Below, one piece after another: positions 18,177 through 27,769 of a stretch of DNA of 53,411 nucleotides. The DNA lies in the IMG/VR virus record IMGVR_UViG_3300050821_013390, positions 1 through 53,411 of that record. One strand, written 5' to 3'. Origin of the DNA: a virus. The position numbers and the translations under genes were made by a program. How positions within the stretch are numbered: position 1 is the stretch's first letter; each line of letters starts with the position of its first letter. A model generated the notes under the pieces. It had not been told where the DNA came from. It saw nothing but the letters and a program-made list of their open reading frames with translations, and did not search any database.

Positions 18177-21100
18177 CTACCAAGTAAACCATTGAGTGCC
18201 ATTGCTATAAACCCTAACAATTCCATAAGCCCCTAAAGCCGCTGTAGCTGCACCATCAATATTGCCACCTCCTGTTACGTTAACAGTGCTTCCGCCAACC
18301 CCGCTTTCATCTTTTATTATGTAGGTTTGACCTGAGTTTCCAGCTGCTGCGGTAGGTAAATGTATAGTCAAGGTACTGGCGGTACATGCAATGATGTAAT
18401 CAGTAACAAGAGCACTATAAGTTACAGCAGTTGCGGTACGCTCAACCAATATACCGCCTGTAAAATAAACTTGCGTTCCAGTGGCTCCCAATACTACGGA
18501 ATTAGCAACACTGGCCGTCGCGCCAGCTCCTATAGCTGTAGAATTGGTTTGAGTTGCGTGAGTGTTGAATCCTATGCATGTAGAAGTGCTTCCGCTAGCG
18601 CCAGCAGAAGCGCCCACTGCGGTAGCAGCGAGAGCGGTTGCCGAGCTATTACCTATAGCAATTGTATTGGTTTGGCTGGCCGTAGCAGCCGGCCCTATAG
18701 CTACACCCTGGGTGCCTGATGCGTTAGCGCCTTGACCTACTGCAAGTGCTGATGCCCCTGCTGTACTATTGGAACCAATAGCAGTGCAATTACCGCCGGT
18801 AGCAGATGCCGTATTACCTATAGCAATAGATTCATTTGATGTTGCAGTATTACCATTTCCAATATTAATAGCATACGTAGAGGTGCCGCTTGCAGTAGTG
18901 GAGAGGGTGAAATTTCCGTTTGTGGCATTTACGGTAAGCAGAAGACCGCTATCCTTAATCAATGTACCAGTAGTATTATTATAAGTAGCAATATCGCCCG
19001 CTATTGAGGTGCCAGGACCGGTTACATTCCCAGAGCCTGCGCTTAGAGCTACCCATGCGCCATTTTGACGAAACTGAAATGAAGTGGTGCCAGTATCGTA
19101 AATAACCATTCCATTTACCGGCGATGTTACTGAAGCAGTTGTAGTGCGAGGAACTAAAATACCAGTAGTAGTAGCAGTTACATCTAATACCGCAGCCGGG
19201 GTAGAGGTGCCTATACCAACGCTCACAGCATCAGCGCCAGTACCCCCTAAGATTAAAGTATTTGCAACAGTTGCACTTGCGCTTTCTCCCAATGCTGTTG
19301 CATTAGTTGCGCTTGCATGTGCGTTATATCCTAATGCCGTACTAAAATCCCCTGATGCGAAGGAGCTAGGTCCTATTGCTACAGCGTTTTGATGGGTTGC
19401 GTTAGTCGAGGTGCCAATAGCTAAACCACTAGTAATATTTGCATTAGTATTAAAGCCTATTGCTATAGCGTTGGGGCCTGTAGCGCTGGTTGAATTACCT
19501 ATATTTATGTTATTAGTAGAGGAACCACTAGCGGGAGCGGAGAGACTTAAATTTCCAGCCACGCTATTTACAGCAAGTAATGCGCCGCTATCTTTAATTA
19601 ATGTCCCGGTTGTATTATTGTAAGTAGCTATGTCACCCACAACCGATGTTCCAGGACCTGTTACATTGCCTCCCCCTACTGCAACCCATGCAGTATTTTG
19701 ATAAACCATTATTGCAGTAGTTCCTGTATCATAAATAATCATACCGTTAGCGGGAGTCACTATAGAGGCGGTTGTGGTGCGAGGAACTAAAAGAGCCTTT
19801 GTAGTGCTAGTTAAATCTAAAAGAGCTGATGCAGCGGGAGTGGATGTACCTACACCGATACTTACAGCATTTGCTCCTGTTCCACCCAGTATCATAGTGC
19901 TTGCAACAGTTGCGCTTGCATTAATACCTATAGCAACGGCATTAGCGGCAGTAGCACCGGCAGTATCACCTATAGCAATAGAGCCACCAAAAGATGCGGT
20001 AGAATTGTATCCCATAGCAATAGCTTGACTGCCAGCTGCGGCAGCGGTATCACCTATAGCGATTCCCTTACCTCCAGATGTAGTGGCGCTATTACCTATA
20101 GCAATGCCAGTTCCGGCTGATGCAGCAGCTAAATGACCTATGGAAATATCATAGGTACTAGAACCGCTTGCGGTAGCAGATAAACTAAAATCTCCAGTCA
20201 CACTATTTACGGTAGCTAAAAGACCGCTGTCCTTAATTAATGTGCCGGTGGTGTTGTTATACGTTGCTATATCGCCAACTACTGATGTGCCAGGGCCAAC
20301 CACATTTCCAGAACCTGAGCCTAATGCTACCCAAGCTCCAGCTTGACGAAATTTAAATGCTGTAGCGCTATTATCATAAACAATCATGCCGTTAACAGGA
20401 GATGTTACCGCTCCTGTATTGGCGACGCGAGGAACTAATAATCCGCTGTTTGCACTGGTTACATCCAAAACCGCGGCAGGCGTGGACGTGCCTATACCAA
20501 TGCTTAATGCATCAGAAGTGCCCGATACCCCCCCTAATATCATAGTATTTGCAACAGTTGCAGCTGCGCTACCGCCAATTGCAACAGCCTTATCAGCAGT
20601 TACATTTGCAAAATTACCCATAGCTATTGAACCATCTCCAGCAACAGTGGCGTTATTTCCTATGGCTATACTTACACCAAAAACAGACACTCCTGCTGTC
20701 GTTGTTGCCTCATTTCCTATAGCAATACAGCTGGCATCAGCAGCACTAGCTCCTGGTCCAATTGCTATCGCGCCAGTACTGGAATTGGTGTTAGCTTGAG
20801 ATAGCTGACCAATAGCGATACCACTACCACCAGCTGCAAAAGCTGTATCACCAATGGCCACAGAATGGCTGCCTGTGGAGCTCGCATCGGTTCCAATTAT
20901 GACAGGATTAGTAAGGCCATCATCAACAACGGATGCAGAGCCTATGCAGGTAATACCAGAGCCCGTAATATTAGAGGTGCCAGCTGCATGCCCTATAAAT
21001 ATATTTTCATTTCCATCGGTTGTGCCAGCTCCGGCATTAACACCAATTCCTATATTAAAAGTACCAGTATCTATGGCCTCTAATGCGCCATAACCTAGGG

Positions 21101-21623
21101 CGATGTTATTAGGTTCAGCGCCAGTTGAAGCGCTTGGGACAATTAAGAAATTACTTGTAACTGGATCTATAGTTAAGTGAAGGCCAGAATCACTTGGATT
21201 GCCGCTGCCATTAAATACCATGAAATCCCCAGGGGTTCCTGTAATAACAGGCGGAACAATGCCGCCATCCTGGATGCCAGTGCCAAGAGCATTATTAAAT
21301 ACAGCTAAATGCCCCACTGTTGTTGGACCAGTACCAACTACATTGCCTCCCGCGCCGCCTGTACTTATGGATGCCCAAGCACCATTGGTATAAACCTGCA
21401 TTGTATTGGTAGTACTATTATAAATCTGCGAACCATTTACTACATTTAATAAATCTCTTTGGGCTGTAGTCATCCTAGGAAACAAAACCATTCCAGTAGT
21501 TGTTTGCACTTCAAGTGCAGCATCAACGGGACTGTAATTGTTTACCGTATAGGTCGCAGGGGGTGCAGCTATAATGATGTCTGCAAAATTACTGGGGGCC
21601 GCTGGCCGCGAATTAAGTGCCAT
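18177..21623 (-). CDS. Giant tail fibre/spike with YadA-head-like repeats in about 213-aa super-repeats
   Basis: 1148 aa. Many (S/A)IAIGxxAxA units (Hep_Hag/YadA-head-like). Three modules follow the scheme LVPRxxT...NGM(I/V)(I/V)YD...GAWVA...GPGTS(V/I)xGDIATYNNTTGTLIKDSG. Confidence 0.75.
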   Translation of the reverse strand: MALNSRPAAPSNFADIIIAAPPATYTVNNYSPVDAALEVQTTTGMVLFPRMTTAQRDLLNVVNGSQIYNSTTNTMQVYTNGAWASISTGGAGGNVVGTGPTTVGHLAVFNNALGTGIQDGGIVPPVITGTPGDFMVFNGSGNPSDSGLHLTIDPVTSNFLIVPSASTGAEPNNIALGYGALEAIDTGTFNIGIGVNAGAGTTDGNENIFIGHAAGTSNITGSGITCIGSASVVDDGLTNPVIIGTDASSTGSHSVAIGDTAFAAGGSGIAIGQLSQANTNSSTGAIAIGPGASAADASCIAIGNEATTTAGVSVFGVSIAIGNNATVAGDGSIAMGNFANVTADKAVAIGGSAAATVANTMILGGVSGTSDALSIGIGTSTPAAVLDVTSANSGLLVPRVANTGAVTSPVNGMIVYDNSATAFKFRQAGAWVALGSGSGNVVGPGTSVVGDIATYNNTTGTLIKDSGLLATVNSVTGDFSLSATASGSSTYDISIGHLAAASAGTGIAIGNSATTSGGKGIAIGDTAAAAGSQAIAMGYNSTASFGGSIAIGDTAGATAANAVAIGINASATVASTMILGGTGANAVSIGVGTSTPAASALLDLTSTTKALLVPRTTTASIVTPANGMIIYDTGTTAIMVYQNTAWVAVGGGNVTGPGTSVVGDIATYNNTTGTLIKDSGALLAVNSVAGNLSLSAPASGSSTNNINIGNSTSATGPNAIAIGFNTNANITSGLAIGTSTNATHQNAVAIGPSSFASGDFSTALGYNAHASATNATALGESASATVANTLILGGTGADAVSVGIGTSTPAAVLDVTATTTGILVPRTTTASVTSPVNGMVIYDTGTTSFQFRQNGAWVALSAGSGNVTGPGTSIAGDIATYNNTTGTLIKDSGLLLTVNATNGNFTLSTTASGTSTYAINIGNGNTATSNESIAIGNTASATGGNCTAIGSNSTAGASALAVGQGANASGTQGVAIGPAATASQTNTIAIGNSSATALAATAVGASAGASGSTSTCIGFNTHATQTNSTAIGAGATASVANSVVLGATGTQVYFTGGILVERTATAVTYSALVTDYIIACTASTLTIHLPTAAAGNSGQTYIIKDESGVGGSTVNVTGGGNIDGAATAALGAYGIVRVYSNGTQWFTW
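18510..20435 (-). repeat. Three tandem, diverged copies of about 0.64 kb inside the fibre gene
   Basis: The anchor string taat(t/c)aatgt recurs at 18956, 19595 and 20234, exactly 639 bp apart. VPR codons gcgaggaac occur at 19146, 19779 and 20427. Confidence 0.85.
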
Positions 21624-21663
21624 TTATATACTCCTATGTATTTGTTGCGTTATCATTAATGCA

Positions 21664-21981
21664 TTAAGTTACGGTTACATTGCCCCATACGTTATTTATA
21701 GAGACATAAAATCGATTAAGCGTAGTGTCATAGACAAGCATCCCATTGACTTGAACTAAGGCTAGTCTTTGTGTGGTAGTCATTCTAGGTAATACAAATC
21801 CACCAGTAGTTGATTGCACTTCTACAGCAATGCTTCCTGGTGTAGTAGGCACGGCAGGAGATACATCAGATACAAATAGTCTAGACGTATTAATTGCTGT
21901 AGAAGGAGGAGTAATAGGAGGAGGATTATCAGATAAAACTAATCTGGTTAAGCCGGTTGGTTTTGGTATAGTGTCAGACAT
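21664..21981 (-). CDS. Fibre N-terminal-domain paralogue (105 aa)
   Basis: VEVQSTTGGFVLPRMTTTQRLALVQVNGMLVYDTT parallels LEVQTTTGMVLFPRMTTAQRDLLNVVNGSQIYNST at the N-terminus of the 1148-aa fibre. Confidence 0.6.
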   Translation of the reverse strand: MSDTIPKPTGLTRLVLSDNPPPITPPSTAINTSRLFVSDVSPAVPTTPGSIAVEVQSTTGGFVLPRMTTTQRLALVQVNGMLVYDTTLNRFYVSINNVWGNVTVT

Positions 21982-21996
21982 TAAATTCCCCTTAAA

Positions 21997-22440
21997 TTAA
22001 TTTGCGGTCCACGCATAGTTTCTTAAAATTTGTTCCCTCACATTTTCTGGTAGTGCGGGAACGCCATCAAAATCTCCATCAGGAACCGGCGTGGGCGCTT
22101 GTGGTTGTGCGCTCCACCCGTAATTCTCTAAATTATTAAAAGCTTGTACCGCCGGTACTTGTGGTTGCGGCAAGATAACTCCTGAACCTTGCTGTACCCG
22201 TGGTTCTGGAACTGGTACCGGGTCAGGCGCCACTATTGGGGGACGCAATTGGTCGTTAGGTACATCTAAGTATTGTCTACCTACATATAGACCGGTCCAT
22301 ACCAAATCATCACCGCGATATTCCATCTGCCGTACTAAATCTTTGCGTTCATGTACGAACTGCGTGTAATCGCACATCCCCAATGCTTCGGGTGCTTGCG
22401 AATCAACACTTACATGCTTACCTTTTGGTCTGTAACTCAT
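21997..22440 (-). CDS. Virion-module hypothetical protein (Pro-rich centre)
   Basis: ATGA overlap with the upstream gene. Same-strand operon. Confidence 0.6.
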   Translation of the reverse strand: MSYRPKGKHVSVDSQAPEALGMCDYTQFVHERKDLVRQMEYRGDDLVWTGLYVGRQYLDVPNDQLRPPIVAPDPVPVPEPRVQQGSGVILPQPQVPAVQAFNNLENYGWSAQPQAPTPVPDGDFDGVPALPENVREQILRNYAWTAN

Positions 22441-23630
22441 GAGACGGTATATCCTCTTGAGTAATCGCCATAAACACGCAACGGCACACGCTCAGTATCT
22501 TCTTCCGCGGCTCGTTTAAATTGCTCGTCGCTTTCGCTTTTTAATAATTGAATTTTATTTAAATCAGTAATCTCTTTTATAGATAATTTATAAGCCAAGG
22601 CCGCTGTTAAGGGCTCCAAGAAACGGTTAGGTATTTCGGCTTCATCTAGCATTGTTCCCGCATCCTGCATAGTAGAGGCATAGCTATAGAACATGCAGTT
22701 ATATTGTTGGCTAGGGGTTAAATATAGATTAACTACAGGCTGTCTTTGTCTATCAAGATAAAATAGCGATGGACGACCAGTATTTTCTTTATTAGGATAG
22801 GTCATGTACTCAGAACGCGAGATGCGCGTAAGAATTAAATCATTAATTGAGTTATTGAAATACAATTCATTGATAGATAGAGTTGCATTATTAGTCTCTC
22901 TAATTCTTATATAATTAGAGCCAAAATTCTGAACATATATTTGATATTGCAACGGGTCGGCTTGCGCAAAATATTCTTGGCTTAAGTTAAGTGCAAACCA
23001 AATTAATTGACCTTTAGGATAGGGGAAAGACGGAATAGTCATTAACGGGGGTGTAGCCCAAGTTATCCCATCATCAGAGTATTCTACGACTAATGTATAA
23101 GTAGCATCTACCTGGCTAGTTATGCCTATCAATTGGATTAGTTGTGGCGCGGTTGGCACGCTAGGTAAATTAGTGAAATTATACCCTAGCCATCCATTAG
23201 TAGTGTCAACAGTGCAATAGGTAGCTGGGTTACCATCAAAAGCGCTACTTGCTGGATGTAGCGCAATAGTGCCACTTGCTATGGCGCTCCCCCCTACGGT
23301 AACTCTATTGGAGTTTCTAATAGTTGCTTCTAATATGTCGGTTACAGTATTTTGCCCGACTGCGGTGGGAGTGCTGGCGTCGGTAATAACTTTTGGAGTT
23401 AACTTATAGCTAGTAACATTAGGTGAAAGCCCTAACATATCGAACCTTACGGTCCATAAATTCAGGCCGCGATTAATCCATTCGCTAAGAATTAAGTTTA
23501 ATAATCTTTGTGCTGATATTATTTTTTGGGCAGTAATTAAGCTTGGAACAAATCCAATACGTTCATAAGCATCCACGATGAGCTGCTCTGAGGGAGTATT
23601 TTGGAAATTATATTGTTCCGACGTTGACAC
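22437..23630 (-). CDS. Adaptor/tail-tubular-A-like protein with an inserted discoidin (F5/8 type C)-like domain
   Basis: N-terminus LIVDAYERIGFVP...AQRLLNLILSEWINRGLNLW. Central SSAFDGNPATYCTVDTTNGWLGYNF...YTLVVEYSDDGITW resembles galactose-binding-like domains. Confidence 0.5.
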   Translation of the reverse strand: MSTSEQYNFQNTPSEQLIVDAYERIGFVPSLITAQKIISAQRLLNLILSEWINRGLNLWTVRFDMLGLSPNVTSYKLTPKVITDASTPTAVGQNTVTDILEATIRNSNRVTVGGSAIASGTIALHPASSAFDGNPATYCTVDTTNGWLGYNFTNLPSVPTAPQLIQLIGITSQVDATYTLVVEYSDDGITWATPPLMTIPSFPYPKGQLIWFALNLSQEYFAQADPLQYQIYVQNFGSNYIRIRETNNATLSINELYFNNSINDLILTRISRSEYMTYPNKENTGRPSLFYLDRQRQPVVNLYLTPSQQYNCMFYSYASTMQDAGTMLDEAEIPNRFLEPLTAALAYKLSIKEITDLNKIQLLKSESDEQFKRAAEEDTERVPLRVYGDYSRGYTVS

Positions 23631-23652
23631 TTATTCATACCTAGTAAATTTT

Positions 23653-23856
23653 TTAAAGCCCGCGTGCATGTTTAGCATTTTCGGCCGCCTGTGCGCGTTT
23701 TCTAGTTAAACCATTAGAAGAATGTAATGCTTTGTCCATCTTATTTTCCGATATCTTTTGTCCTACTGGCACATGCAAGCTTTTGTGTAATGCGCCTTTA
23801 TTATGCGCAAATGCTTGTTGCATCCAGTGTCCGTCTTCCTTTTTTCCTCTACCCAT
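23653..23856 (-). CDS. Small basic hypothetical protein
   Basis: 67 aa, Lys/His-rich. In the operon. Confidence 0.55.
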   Translation of the reverse strand: MGRGKKEDGHWMQQAFAHNKGALHKSLHVPVGQKISENKMDKALHSSNGLTRKRAQAAENAKHARGL

Positions 23857-23864
23857 AATTACCC

Positions 23865-24545
23865 CTAATATGTTGGTCGCTCTAAAATATAAGCTGTTAA
23901 AGAGCCTGAAGCATTTGTTAAAGTGCCATCTGGGGGAGGAGCGCCAGGTAGTATAAATATTGCCATGACCGCAATATTTTGGTCTATTGAAGACACTAAT
24001 TCTGAATCTTCGTTTATTGAATCTATTGCTAAACTAGGAGGGTCTATTGCGCTAGTAACTCTAAGCAATGACACTCGTGCTTGCCAATTTATTACATCAT
24101 TATTTTTTATCACTTGAGCAGTCACTACTTGATTTTGCGACTTGTAATCACATGCAAACCAAGTAGTGCGCCCGGTTAATCCTGTTCCTACAGTTACTAT
24201 AACTGCACCAGCACCTGCTACACTCACCCTAGATACTGTGTCAAAAATTTGAGTAGTATATACGGTTGTATTATTAGGCCCTGTGATAGTTTGAGAAACA
24301 GGCCAACCATTTAACGTGCCATATACTGTAAAGGTAGACCCTGAAGCATCCGCAGTAGAATTTATGCTCACAGTTCTAGCCATTCCCATTGCAATTAAAC
24401 TGGCAACCGGATTTCGCACACCAACCGGAACTAAAGTTCCATTTAGCGTTAAGTCTGTACCTGTAGTAGCAGTCTGCCCTGAGCAAAATGCTGTAAGGTC
24501 AACCGCTGGCCAGTTATAAATATTCGTGGGAAATACATCTGACAC
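23865..24545 (-). CDS. Head-associated hypothetical protein (beta-rich)
   Basis: I prefer the GTG start at 24543-24545 (AAGGAA SD 7 nt upstream, just after the capsid stop) over the track's ATG at 24587, which overlaps the capsid gene by 28 nt. Confidence 0.55.
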   Translation of the reverse strand: MSDVFPTNIYNWPAVDLTAFCSGQTATTGTDLTLNGTLVPVGVRNPVASLIAMGMARTVSINSTADASGSTFTVYGTLNGWPVSQTITGPNNTTVYTTQIFDTVSRVSVAGAGAVIVTVGTGLTGRTTWFACDYKSQNQVVTAQVIKNNDVINWQARVSLLRVTSAIDPPSLAIDSINEDSELVSSIDQNIAVMAIFILPGAPPPDGTLTNASGSLTAYILERPTY

Positions 24546-24559
24546 GTTATTATTCCTTA

Positions 24560-25459
24560 TTAAGCGGCTTGCACGCCGAAGCTGCAACGGAAGTTAGAGA
24601 AACCGAAAGAATATCTTTCGACTGCTTTCGCCATTAAATTATCAGTAGAGAAATCGGTGTAAACATCGGTTTCCAATGCTTCTCTGATGTAATGCTTAAA
24701 TCCATCTGGCGCATCAGTGGTTAAGAACCAATTGCCATTGTTATTTAAGTACACATTAACCCGTGCGCCTTCTGGTATCGCGCTATTGTTGTAAATAGCA
24801 TTGATATCGTTGTTAGCAGTTTGAGTTCTAAATGCACTACCTAATATACGAGTTGCTTGCCATTCATTCTTTGGCGAAACAATTAGTTTAAGAGGTTTAA
24901 CAGCGATGGTAAGTCCTGCAATGTCTTTGAACACACGAATTTGTGTAATAGCTTGCTCTATACCTGCTTCAGTTAAATCTACTAAACCAGGTAAAGTGTT
25001 AGGAACAATACCTGTATCGATAGGATGGGTTAAGCTGTATAGAGGCTGTCCATCACCACCAATAGAGGTTGTAAAACCGTTGTTTAAAACAGCTGCGCCT
25101 AAAATTTCTTTAGCAATAGACATCGAGCGTTTTAATGCTTTAGCCGTTTGTGGAAATTGTGTTTTATACAAATTATCCATGATGGCCTGTCTAGTTATGA
25201 TAAAACTTAAGGCCAGGTACCGATGGTGGTAGACCGTCCTGTAACGTTCAGCCATAGTGTCAACCGCAGTAGGCGCGCCTTCATCTCTGAATTGTGCGAC
25301 TCCTAGGAACCTCATTTCGGTTTCAATTTCGTCCGCTTTATCTGATTCATAAGTATCAAAAATTTCAGACCACTGAGATGGGTATAAGTCGTAGTTACCA
25401 AAGCATGCAGCTAAGCCGGGGCGAAGCTCTGATGCGATGGCCGATGTATTTATAGGCAT
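24560..25459 (-). CDS. Major capsid protein (HK97-fold type)
   Basis: 299 aa. The N-terminal pattern SELRPGL...F..Y.S.KA.E.E..MRFLGVAQFRDEGAP...YHHRYLALSF resembles podovirus major capsid proteins. Lies downstream of a strong promoter/leader. Confidence 0.7.
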   Translation of the reverse strand: MPINTSAIASELRPGLAACFGNYDLYPSQWSEIFDTYESDKADEIETEMRFLGVAQFRDEGAPTAVDTMAERYRTVYHHRYLALSFIITRQAIMDNLYKTQFPQTAKALKRSMSIAKEILGAAVLNNGFTTSIGGDGQPLYSLTHPIDTGIVPNTLPGLVDLTEAGIEQAITQIRVFKDIAGLTIAVKPLKLIVSPKNEWQATRILGSAFRTQTANNDINAIYNNSAIPEGARVNVYLNNNGNWFLTTDAPDGFKHYIREALETDVYTDFSTDNLMAKAVERYSFGFSNFRCSFGVQAA

Positions 25460-25493
25460 TTAAATTCTCCTTTAATTAAGTAATAACTATTCG

Positions 25494-26759
25494 TTAAACG
25501 GGTATCGTTAAATACGACACAGAGGCCGTAATCCAGTTGCCCGTATCACTGCCCGCGTTAGCAAATGAAGCCCCTACAGTATTTAGCGCTAAAAATGTAT
25601 GTTTAGAGGTAATTAAAGCACCTGGCGACGTGGGTGTTGGGAGTAATGGAATATAAACAGAACCAGTTCCCGGCACCGTAGCTGTTGGTGTAATAGAGGT
25701 AATCAAAGTAGGTGAAGCTGTTGCACTCGCAACCCCTACATTATTAGTACCATCATAGTAATTAAGCAGTATTCCAGACCCTGCTGTGAATGGCTCGCCA
25801 CCTGCGGTTACAGGTATATTGAAAGTTAAAACCACGCTTATAGGAATAAAAATGGTAGTAGTGCTGGATTGAGGTGTTAATTCAAGGCCACCACCGGCAG
25901 CATTGGTCATGGCTATAAATTGTGCTTTAGTTATATTAGTAACGGTAGTTGTATATGTGTAATTTTGCGATATACCGCTCTTGTAAACACTATTATTTAA
26001 AGTAACTAATACATTGTTAAATGCACCTTGCAGTCCATTGCCATATCCAACTCCAGTAGTAGTCGTGTAAGCATGGGTGCCATTTTGTACACCAGGAGTA
26101 AATTGCTTAATCTTAAACTGAGAAGTTTGATTGCCACTAATAGTTGAAATATCTAAATATTCAGCTGATACGTGGCTAGCTCTTGCATTCCCATTAGCAG
26201 GATTTTGAAGATAAGTCTGTCCGGTAGGAAGGGTTACTATGCCATTAACCGCATCGGTAAATGTTCCTCCAATACCTAAGTCGGCATTTAAACCAATTTG
26301 TGCTTGGGTAATGCCTAGTGGTACTGTCGATGAAACAACATTGCCAGAGAAAGAAGCTTGTACATTAAACAATGCATTTGGATCGTCCATAACCAGGCAA
26401 AAAATTGAGGTCGAATTACCATTAGCTACAAATGTTAAGGTGTTATTTAATAAATAAGGAGAATAAATTGGGTTGCCAAGTACATCCTTATAATAACATC
26501 CTTGGAAAACACCTACGCCTGGTTCGCCAGGATTAGCCGGATATAAATAACTAGACCCAGGATTTGCGTCTTGAGAGGTTCCTAAGCGAACATAATCACC
26601 TTGATAAATACCGGTGAATGCTGCGTTAAGTGGTGCGTAGTTTAAAGGAGGCAGTACTTCGTAGGTGCTAAGTTGCCCTGATTCGGTACGTCCTGCGATG
26701 GTGCCCCATAGTTGAAAGCCTTGAGGCGAATTGACACTGCTAGTGCTAATGTTTGACAT
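25494..26759 (-). CDS. Abundant-looking beta-rich head protein (decoration or alternative capsid component)
   Basis: First gene after the long leader. The ATG at 26757-26759 with a GGGGA SD is preferred to the track's TTG at 26789. Thr/Ser/Asn/Gly-rich. Confidence 0.6.
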   Translation of the reverse strand: MSNISTSSVNSPQGFQLWGTIAGRTESGQLSTYEVLPPLNYAPLNAAFTGIYQGDYVRLGTSQDANPGSSYLYPANPGEPGVGVFQGCYYKDVLGNPIYSPYLLNNTLTFVANGNSTSIFCLVMDDPNALFNVQASFSGNVVSSTVPLGITQAQIGLNADLGIGGTFTDAVNGIVTLPTGQTYLQNPANGNARASHVSAEYLDISTISGNQTSQFKIKQFTPGVQNGTHAYTTTTGVGYGNGLQGAFNNVLVTLNNSVYKSGISQNYTYTTTVTNITKAQFIAMTNAAGGGLELTPQSSTTTIFIPISVVLTFNIPVTAGGEPFTAGSGILLNYYDGTNNVGVASATASPTLITSITPTATVPGTGSVYIPLLPTPTSPGALITSKHTFLALNTVGASFANAGSDTGNWITASVSYLTIPV

Positions 26760-27101
26760 TAATATCCCCGTTAAATCTGTTTTTAACAAACCGTTTTTGG
26801 CTTGCCTAAATTTGACTAATTTTTATAGTCATCAGATATAACGAGGACTTGCACCTCTCACTCTCTCTGCGTCAGACAAGAGTGAATCACCGTTCCGCTA
26901 AAACTTATCAAATTTTAGCCCTCCCATGGAAATATGTCTTTGCCATGGAGACCTCCCTTTTTAAAGTTGTGGGTAGTCCGCAACTGTCCATATAATAAGA
27001 AGCTATTATACCCCTTATTATTTTAAATCTCTACACTATTTTATCATTCAATATAATCTATTTGCAAGGGGAGGCGTAAAACAGTCGCCCTTACAGCTAT
27101 T
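26760..27101 (-). promoter_or_regulatory. Capsid-operon promoter(s) and a structured leader of about 270 nt
   Basis: Minus strand: TTGCAA (27062-27067)-N18-TAAAAT (27038-27043), and TAGAGA-N17-TATAAT (27005-27010). Downstream is an imperfect hairpin CTCCATGG...CCATGGGAG and a purine-rich tract. Confidence 0.5.
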
Positions 27102-27767
27102 TTAATTCCCAAATGATAAATTAGATAATCCACCCTCCACTTTATTGCCACGGAATGATGCCAATCCCTGAGAAGTTTCATTTATGATACTGTCTCGAGT
27201 AAACTGCATTCCCTTAGAAGACCTTACTAGACCATCTAACCCAGGTAAGTCACGGACTGCGCGCTGGGTTTCAGCTGCAAAGTGCCGTCTATCCTCGTCA
27301 TTAAGCTCTTTAGACCTTTCCATTAGAATTACATCTTTATATCTTAGGCATCCATCCAATGATTTTTCTGCTTGCCCAGGAATAACGTAGCACCGCTCTG
27401 GATGACGAGAGGCAGGAACAAAAGTCCAGCCTGTTGACATCATTTCAGTAACGCGCCCAGTATCTAACATACCTTGAGAACTTTCCCTAACCCAGAAGTA
27501 TTCCATGCCCTCAGGGATTTCATGAGGTGCAAAATATAAAGGTCCCCTGTAATTCATCTTAAAGTCTTGACGCAAGGTCGCGGCCCGCAGTTCTTTTGAG
27601 CGTGTTTCGTTATTGCGTGACTCATGAGGTGCAAAATCTCTTGCCTCTCTGCCTCTAATCATGCCCTCTAAGCTTTCAAGTCTTTTATCTAAATCTATGT
27701 TACGAGCCTCAGACGCCGACAACTCTTCCCTTACACGAGCAAATTCTGTTGATTTAATACCTGCCAT
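27102..27767 (-). CDS. Head-module hypothetical protein
   Basis: 221 aa. The EY.WV...GW.FVP motif is also seen in two early proteins (44745..45149, 45920..46246). Confidence 0.6.
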   Translation of the reverse strand: MAGIKSTEFARVREELSASEARNIDLDKRLESLEGMIRGREARDFAPHESRNNETRSKELRAATLRQDFKMNYRGPLYFAPHEIPEGMEYFWVRESSQGMLDTGRVTEMMSTGWTFVPASRHPERCYVIPGQAEKSLDGCLRYKDVILMERSKELNDEDRRHFAAETQRAVRDLPGLDGLVRSSKGMQFTRDSIINETSQGLASFRGNKVEGGLSNLSFGN

Positions 27768-27769
27768 AA

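Noticed and set aside
18510-20435. The fibre tandem repeats considered as template/variable repeats of a diversity-generating retroelement.
   Set aside because: No reverse transcriptase or accessory gene exists anywhere in the closed genome. Differences between copies include indels and all base classes rather than adenine-specific changes.
18360-21393. About a dozen plus-strand ORFs of 64-137 aa antisense to the fibre gene (e.g. 18360..18719, 20386..20799).
   Set aside because: All lie inside the continuous 1148-aa minus-strand ORF. They are Ala/Pro/Val-rich mirror products of its repetitive GCN/GGN-rich codons and lack start contexts. I treat them as antisense artefacts.
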